Positions 45,016 through 50,360 of a DNA stretch of 50,360 nucleotides are shown in pieces; within the stretch, counting starts at the first letter, position 1, and each line of letters begins with the position of its first letter. The notes below the pieces were generated by a model that did no database searches, was not told where the DNA came from, and saw nothing but the letters and a program-made list of their open reading frames with translations. The stretch is from the IMG/VR virus record IMGVR_UViG_3300044606_000249, positions 1 to 50,360 of that record. One strand, 5' to 3'. The translations under genes and the position numbers were made by a program. This DNA is from a virus (lineage: Duplodnaviria; Caudoviricetes).

Positions 45016-45332
45016 GCACGTTTTTTGCACTTTTGCCGTTTAGTGTCCAGAACGTCGCGTTGCATGGGCGCCTTTACGGCACGACAAAAGAAGCTGGAAC
45101 CCCAGACGCCCCCGTTCGTCGTCGTGTTCAAGTCATCGAAGCAGTAAGCAACGCTCACGGGCACATCTTTCCGAACAGCAATTCATCTGTGACATGGGCA
45201 TGGGCTGACGATGCCGGCAATTGGGAAGTCCGCAACCTCGACCCCAACCTCAAATACCACGTCATAGCCTATGACCACACCGGGCAATACGACCCGGTGA
45301 TCAAGATGAACCTCATCCCTACGGTGGACTGA
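45012..45332 (+). CDS. Tail fibre accessory protein
   Basis: G...GT.K....PV.RRV...W.D..G.W....L....YHVIAYD...YD.VI pattern. Confidence 0.65.
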   Translation: MSTFFALLPFSVQNVALHGRLYGTTKEAGTPDAPVRRRVQVIEAVSNAHGHIFPNSNSSVTWAWADDAGNWEVRNLDPNLKYHVIAYDHTGQYDPVIKMNLIPTVD

Positions 45333-45333
45333 A

Positions 45334-45735
45334 ATGCAACTCTCCGAAGCCCACATCACGGCGCGAACCTCCGCTGCGCGCCTGCCTGCGCTGCAGGCCA
45401 GCTTCGACCTTCTGGACAGCGGGGTGGGCCAGGCACGCATCGACATCCGCGACGCGCTGGACGCCGTGCTCGTCTCCATCCCCATCGCCGATGGCGTCGG
45501 CACCATCGACAGCGAGCTTTTCCAGATCGCACTGACCGTGCCCATCGAGGCGCAGATCACCACGAGCGGCGATGCCGACCACGCGGTGATCTACGACAAC
45601 ACGGGCGCGGTGTGGGCGGATTCCGTCACGGTGTCGGACGACGCGCCAGAGGCGACAGGCGAAATCCGACTCGCCACGACTGCACTGCAAGCCGGTGCGT
45701 TCTGCCGCCTGACGAGCGCGGTCTTCCAGGGGTGA
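45334..45735 (+). CDS. Tail structural protein
   Basis: Tiles the tail operon. Acidic, beta-rich composition. Confidence 0.6.
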   Translation: MQLSEAHITARTSAARLPALQASFDLLDSGVGQARIDIRDALDAVLVSIPIADGVGTIDSELFQIALTVPIEAQITTSGDADHAVIYDNTGAVWADSVTVSDDAPEATGEIRLATTALQAGAFCRLTSAVFQG

Positions 45736-45739
45736 CGGC

Positions 45740-47812
45740 GTGACGGTCGACCTGCGCTTTTGGCGACAAGTCACACCCTCGCCGGGTGCGGTCGACCTGC
45801 GGTTCGGCGACGGCCCTCCGCCCGCGGCAAACGAAGTCCTCGGCGCACTGGCTGCCGGCATCCCCGCGGTGGCAATGCCTGCGTTGTCGTTGGCCGCGGC
45901 GGGCGCACAGCGCAGCGTCGTCAGCGCAGCACTGTCGGCGGATCTCCCGGCGCCGCCCGTCGCGCTCACGTTGGCGGCGAGCGAAACCGTGCCGCGCACA
46001 TTGGGCGTGCTCACGGCATCGTTTCCGCCCGCACAACCACCGCTCGATGTCGCCGTCAGTGCGGAGATCGTCGAGGCGTCGACGCTTCTCGCCTCGCTAC
46101 CTGCTGTCGTCCTGCCGCCGTTGACCGTCGCCACCGCTGGCATCGACTACGACCAGGCGCTGCCCGACGCCATCGGGCCAGGCGTGTCCGCGCGCCACCT
46201 TGCCCCCCGCGACGACGCAGCGGGTATCGCAGTGCAGCAGCAGCCGATGCTGCCTGCCTACACACCGGTCGAAGCTCACCAAACCGCTGCCGATCCGCTG
46301 CACGCAAGCACCTCCGCGCGCCAGCAGCAAATGCAGCCGGCCAGTCGGGCGAGCGCACAGCGGGCACAGCACGGCATCCCGCTCGGCAGCGGTCGCCACG
46401 CGCGGCACGCCGGCACCCTGCGGCAGCGCCTCGCCACAGCGCACGCATGGCAGCACGGCGCCCCGCTCGGATCAGGCACCGTCGGCAGGCAACAGGAGCG
46501 TATCCGCTTCCGTCATCGGCTGCGCGCGGACCAGCAGCAGGCGACTCCGGCTGTGGCGCGCACCTCCGCCGGCCACCAGCAGGGCGTGCCGCTGGCAAGG
46601 GGGGCTGTCGTGCGCCAGCAGCAGATGATCCCGCTGCCGCTCGGTTGGTGGCAGATCGCCTACCCGTGGCCGGAGCCGCCGCCCGTCCCGGACGCGCCCA
46701 CAAGTCCGGTCGCGCTCAAGTTCTGTCGACTCAACGACGGCACCGCGGCGCTCGTGTTCGGGTGCCGTGGTGCCGTCTCGCCCCCCGGGCAGATCGTCGT
46801 ACCCATTCGGAGAACCTACATCGTGCTCAACAGTATCTCCCTCGTGCGCGCCTCCGATGGCGCGCCGATTGACGCTACTGCGCTCAACGTCCAGATCGAT
46901 GCCGACTCTTGGGCTTGGGGCTGGGATGCGACGATCCCCGGCGCCCAGCTCGCCCTGGTCGAGCCGATCATCGAGGGCGAGCCCGTCGAGCTACTCGCTA
47001 CGATCAACGGCGAGCAGTTCCGGCTGCTCGCCGAGCGCATCGCGCGCGAGCGCAGCTTTGGGCAGTCTCGCCTGCGCATCAGCGGGCGGAGCAGGGCGGC
47101 TATGCTCGCCAGCCCGCACAGCCCCGTGGTCACCCGCAGCAACGACATCGACCGCACAGCCCGCCAGCTGCTCGACGACGCGCTCACCACAAACGGTGTC
47201 ACCCTTGGGTGGGCGGTGGACTGGCAGGCGGCCGACTGGCTGGTGCCTGCAGGCGTGTGGAGCCACACCGGCAGCTACATCGAACACGCCCAGCGCATTG
47301 CCGAAGCCGCGGGCGCCTACGTGCAGGCCGATCCGCTGCTCGACACCCTGCACGTCCTGCCGCTCTACCCCGCGCTGCCGTGGGACTGGGGCGCAGCCAC
47401 GCCCGACATCATCCTGCCCAGCGCGCCGGTGGTGCGCGAAGCGGTCGAGTGGCTGGACAAGGCCCGCTACAACCGCGTGTTCGTCAGCGGCACCGAGGCC
47501 GGCGGTATCCTCGGTCAAGTCACCCGCAACGGTACCGCAGGCGATATCGTCGCCCCCATGGTTACCGACCCCCTCTGCACGCACGCGGACGCCGCTCGCG
47601 CACGAGGTGGCGCCATCCTCGCCGATACCGGCCGGCAGGCGCGCATCACGCTCGATCTGCCCATACTCACTGAAACCGGCATCATTCGCCCAGGCGCCCT
47701 GGTCGAATACACCGACGCCGGCGCCGCCCGACGCGGCCTGGTGCGAAGCACTGCCGTGCGCGCCCAGCTGCCCACCGCTCGCCAGACGATCGAACTGGAG
47801 ACCCACGTATGA
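45740..47812 (+). CDS. Tail tip protein with Q/H-rich ~11-aa repeats
   Basis: Repeats such as QQQPMLP, AQHGIPL, WQHGAPL, HQQGVPL. C-terminal DSWAW.W...YNRVFVSG...DPL.T...A.RARG. Confidence 0.7.
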   Translation: MTVDLRFWRQVTPSPGAVDLRFGDGPPPAANEVLGALAAGIPAVAMPALSLAAAGAQRSVVSAALSADLPAPPVALTLAASETVPRTLGVLTASFPPAQPPLDVAVSAEIVEASTLLASLPAVVLPPLTVATAGIDYDQALPDAIGPGVSARHLAPRDDAAGIAVQQQPMLPAYTPVEAHQTAADPLHASTSARQQQMQPASRASAQRAQHGIPLGSGRHARHAGTLRQRLATAHAWQHGAPLGSGTVGRQQERIRFRHRLRADQQQATPAVARTSAGHQQGVPLARGAVVRQQQMIPLPLGWWQIAYPWPEPPPVPDAPTSPVALKFCRLNDGTAALVFGCRGAVSPPGQIVVPIRRTYIVLNSISLVRASDGAPIDATALNVQIDADSWAWGWDATIPGAQLALVEPIIEGEPVELLATINGEQFRLLAERIARERSFGQSRLRISGRSRAAMLASPHSPVVTRSNDIDRTARQLLDDALTTNGVTLGWAVDWQAADWLVPAGVWSHTGSYIEHAQRIAEAAGAYVQADPLLDTLHVLPLYPALPWDWGAATPDIILPSAPVVREAVEWLDKARYNRVFVSGTEAGGILGQVTRNGTAGDIVAPMVTDPLCTHADAARARGGAILADTGRQARITLDLPILTETGIIRPGALVEYTDAGAARRGLVRSTAVRAQLPTARQTIELETHV

Positions 47813-48024
47813 GCAACCTCTACCGCAAGTTCCGCGAGCTGATCCCCGATGCGCCGCTTCTGGTCGGCACGGTCGTGGCCACCGCGCCCGTCCGCGTCGA
47901 GCTGCCCGATGGCAGCCAGATCGCCGCGCGCGGCGAGGCAACCATGGGACAAGCGGTCTTCGTCCGTGACGGCGTGATCGAGGGCACAGCGCCAACGCTG
48001 CCGGTGGAGCTGATTGATGTCTGA
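47809..48024 (+). CDS. Small tail tip protein
   Basis: NLYRKFRELIP..PLLVGTV...VELPDG.....RG.A..GQ.VFVRDGVIEG.AP. Confidence 0.7.
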   Translation: MSNLYRKFRELIPDAPLLVGTVVATAPVRVELPDGSQIAARGEATMGQAVFVRDGVIEGTAPTLPVELIDV

Positions 48025-48093
48025 CCCGCAGTTGGTCGCCCTGCGTGCTGAGGGCGGTAGAATGCCGTCAGCCTAATCCTGCAGGAACCCGCC

Positions 48094-48621
48094 ATGGCAA
48101 TCACCGTCCGACTCACTCTCGCACCGCTTATCGGTCTCGCCGCGCTGTGCCTGGCCTCCGGCGTCCAGGCACAGGTCTACAAGTGCAAAATCGACGGCAA
48201 GACGGTCTTCTCAGATCAGCCCTGCGCCGCCGACGCAAAACCGATGGATGTGCGACCCGCCGCGGGGCGCGCAGACTCCGGCGCCTCGTCCTTTCAGCCC
48301 AGCGCAGCCCCAATCAACGCATCCAGTAACCCGCAGGCCCTAGTCGAACGGATGGAGCGAGACCGCGAGCGGCGCGCCCTTGAGCATCAAATCAACGACC
48401 GTCGCAGCCAGATCAATGCAGAGCAGGCAGCAATGGACCGCGATCTCGGCGCGTTGCGCCAGCAGAAGCAACGCGCCAACAACAACCTCGCGGGCGCCAC
48501 CTGGGAGAAGAGCATCAGCGAGGAAATGAACGCGGTCGTCGCTCGCTACGACGTGCGGATTCGTGCTCTGCAGGATGAGATCAAGCGGATGGAGGCAGAC
48601 CTGGCTGGGCTGGGCAAATGA
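48094..48621 (+). CDS. DUF4124-domain exported protein (moron)
   Basis: Signal peptide ending VQA, QVYKCKIDGKTVFSDQPC (DUF4124), C-terminal coiled coil. TAGAAT -10-like box at 48058-48063. Confidence 0.8.
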   Translation: MAITVRLTLAPLIGLAALCLASGVQAQVYKCKIDGKTVFSDQPCAADAKPMDVRPAAGRADSGASSFQPSAAPINASSNPQALVERMERDRERRALEHQINDRRSQINAEQAAMDRDLGALRQQKQRANNNLAGATWEKSISEEMNAVVARYDVRIRALQDEIKRMEADLAGLGK

Positions 48622-48664
48622 GCGGAGGGTCGGGGCGGGCGGCATTGTCAGGCGGAAATGGCTG

Positions 48665-48677
48665 CAAGGCATTGATT
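48665..48677 (-). promoter_or_regulatory. IHF-binding site next to the att core
   Basis: The reverse complement AATCAATGCCTTG matches WATCARNNNNTTR. Confidence 0.55.
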
Positions 48678-48696
48678 TAATGTATTCGTCGTAACT

Positions 48697-48734
48697 CTTA
48701 CAAGGCGAATGTCGGCGGTTCGAGCCCGTCAGCA
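48697..48734 (+). other. attR: attR: 3' half of tRNA-Val(UAC)
   Basis: CTTACAA anticodon loop, GGCGAATGTC, T-arm GGCGG-TTCGAGC-CCGTC, then AGCA. No 5' half (D-arm) upstream. Confidence 0.85.
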
Positions 48735-48736
48735 TC

Positions 48737-48766
48737 AAAGCCCGGACTTGTCCGGGCTTTGTTTTT
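48737..48766 (+). terminator. Terminator downstream of the tRNA remnant
   Basis: AAAGCCCGGA-CTTG-TCCGGGCTTT followed by GTTTTT. Confidence 0.8.
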
Positions 48767-48813
48767 GGGCCTTCCGATCGACGGGCCCGCCCCGCAAGGG
48801 CGTCGATCCCCCT

Positions 48814-49650
48814 TCAGTCCATCGGGAAGCCGCGCTCACGCAGCGCCCGTGCGATACCCCGCATTGCCTCGGTGGCTGGGAGCGCCAGGGATACGCCCGG
48901 CTCATGGGCCGTACCGGCGTCACGCAGGTTGATGCGGATGATCGGTACGCCCAGCTGTTCGCCAAACAGGCGTACCGACGGTACCGCGGTGCCCGCACCG
49001 ATCTCGAGCACGAGCAACCGGTCCACGTTCCGTTTCCAGGCCGCGAGCCTCGTCTGCTGGGCCTGCGTGCGGTGCTCGATCCAGTCCCAGTCGCCAAACA
49101 TCAGGATGTTGGGGCGTGCAAGTGCGCCGCAATGTGGGCAGCTTGGCAGCGCGTTGGTCAGTTCGCAGGCTTCGGCGTCGATTTCGGGTTGGAACTCGTC
49201 CGCCGGCCAGGTCCGAGCGTTGCAGCCCTTCATGCATTGCAGATGATGGATGGAGCCATGGCACTCGACGATGCGTTGGGCGTCGAAGCCGGCCTTCTGG
49301 AACTGCCCATCCACATTGCTGGTGAATATGAAAGCGCCATCCGGAAGACGCCGCGCGATGTCGAGCAGTATCGCAAAGGCGGGACCCGGCTCGGTGCGTC
49401 GATACAGGTCGAGCCGGTGGCCGTAGAAACCCCAGGCCAGTCGCGGGCGGGCGGCGAAGGCGGCCGGATTCGCGATCTCCTGGAAGTGCAGTCCGGCCTT
49501 GCCCAGCGCCGGATAGGCCTGCCACATCCCTTCGCTGCCGCGGAAGTCCGGCAGGCCGGAGTCCACGCCGAGGCCGGCTCCGGCGGTGATGAGGAGGCCG
49601 TCCGCGTCGGCGATGAGGCGGGCGCAACGATCGAAAGCGCTTGTTACCAC
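48814..49650 (-). CDS. Sir2/CobB-family NAD-dependent deacylase (host flank)
   Basis: TAGAGLGVDSGLPDFRG, TSNVDG, ECHGS, CxxC Zn site, RPNILMFGD. Confidence 0.9.
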   Translation of the reverse strand: MVTSAFDRCARLIADADGLLITAGAGLGVDSGLPDFRGSEGMWQAYPALGKAGLHFQEIANPAAFAARPRLAWGFYGHRLDLYRRTEPGPAFAILLDIARRLPDGAFIFTSNVDGQFQKAGFDAQRIVECHGSIHHLQCMKGCNARTWPADEFQPEIDAEACELTNALPSCPHCGALARPNILMFGDWDWIEHRTQAQQTRLAAWKRNVDRLLVLEIGAGTAVPSVRLFGEQLGVPIIRINLRDAGTAHEPGVSLALPATEAMRGIARALRERGFPMD

Positions 49651-50360
49651 GGGATGTGCTCGCCGCTGTAGTCGATGAAATGCGCCCGCCCGCTCGCTTC
49701 GAGACGGTCGAGCGCGGCCAGCAGCCCGCATGCGGCTGCGTCCGGTTCCATGGCCGCATCGCCGACGAAAGGGGCACTCAGGCGCGAGCGCACGGTGCCT
49801 GGCTGCAGCGCAGCGATGACGGCGAGCGGGCGACGGCGGGCGACTTCGATGGCCGCGGTCTGCAGCAGCATGTTGAGCGCAGCCTTCGATGCCCGGTAGC
49901 CATACCAGCCGCCCTTGCGATTGTCCTCGATGCTGCCCACCCGCGCCGACAGCTTGGCCCAGATCACGCGCTCGCCGGTGGCCAGCAGTGGATGGAGGTG
50001 GCGCAGCAGCAGGGCTGGCCCGATCGCGTTGATCGTCATCGCGCGCTGCAGGCGGGCGGCCTGCAGTTCCTCGAGGCGCTTCTCCGGACCTTGGTCGTCG
50101 ATGCTCAGCGCGCCAGTGGCATCGATCACGAGGTGCAAGGGCGACTGCGCGGCCAGCATGCGGGCGCAGTCGGCCAGGCTGGCCTCGTCATCGAGCAGGA
50201 GCGGCGGCGTGCTCTGACGTGACAGTTCGATGATCCGGCCGCAACGCGGGTCGGCGCGCAACTGCCGGACGAAGGCCTGGCCGATCGCACCGCTGGCGCC
50301 TGCGACCAGTGCGGTGTAGCCCTCGGGCAGGCTGTTCATCGATACGGGAGTGAGGTTCAT
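49644..50360 (-). CDS. Short-chain dehydrogenase/reductase (CsgA/C-factor-like; host flank)
   Basis: GASGAIG, SARVGSI.DN, YRASK, QPGTV. Confidence 0.9.
   Translation of the reverse strand: MNLTPVSMNSLPEGYTALVAGASGAIGQAFVRQLRADPRCGRIIELSRQSTPPLLLDDEASLADCARMLAAQSPLHLVIDATGALSIDDQGPEKRLEELQAARLQRAMTINAIGPALLLRHLHPLLATGERVIWAKLSARVGSIEDNRKGGWYGYRASKAALNMLLQTAAIEVARRRPLAVIAALQPGTVRSRLSAPFVGDAAMEPDAAACGLLAALDRLEASGRAHFIDYSGEHIPW

Larger units (their letters stand above)
1..48734. mobile_element. Lambdoid prophage (siphovirus-like) integrated at a tRNA-Val(UAC) gene; attL lies upstream of the window
   Basis: Integrase at the left end. Full set of switch, replication, packaging, head, tail and lysis genes. 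tRNA 3' fragment at the right end, followed by host-type metabolic genes. Confidence 0.95.

Noticed and set aside
43867-45332. Diversity-generating retroelement or invertible tail-fibre switch
   Set aside because: No reverse transcriptase, invertase, template/variable repeat pair or flanking inverted repeats were seen.
48697-48734. Intact tRNA gene
   Set aside because: Only the anticodon loop to T-arm is present. The 5' half and CCA end are missing.
48814-49650. Sir2-domain gene as an anti-phage NADase (Thoeris/DSR-like)
   Set aside because: It is a classical Zn-binding CobB-type sirtuin, outside attR and coupled to an SDR gene, consistent with a host operon.

Overview
The window is an apparently complete ~48.7 kb lambdoid (siphovirus-like, cos-packaging) prophage in a high-GC proteobacterium. 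It runs from a tyrosine integrase (1-1110) to an attR made of the 3' half of a tRNA-Val(UAC) (48697-48734). Two host genes follow: a sirtuin and an SDR. Order of modules: a leftward early operon (antirepressor, YfdP/YfdQ-like genes, orphan C5 DNA methyltransferase, excisionase); a lambda-like cI/cro switch with readable OL/OR operators and PL/PR/PRM promoters; cII-like, TraR-like and Toprim-VapE primase/helicase genes followed by an iteron array; cos; terminase; a Mor-like activator with two identical late-promoter boxes; portal; lysis cassette; an extra fibre module; head genes; tail genes. The most notable region is a ~4 kb terminator-punctuated accessory block between cI and OL/PL, the position of rexAB in lambda. 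It contains (i) a trypsin-like serine protease closely linked to a cI that lacks the S24 self-cleavage domain, plus a 72-aa partner that resembles the protease's own N-terminal pro-domain, (ii) an unknown 64-aa + 166-aa membrane-protein pair, and (iii) a TM-DUF4041-GIY-YIG nuclease resembling the anti-phage protein PD-lambda-1/SNIPE. Family assignments come from motif recognition by eye, without database searches.
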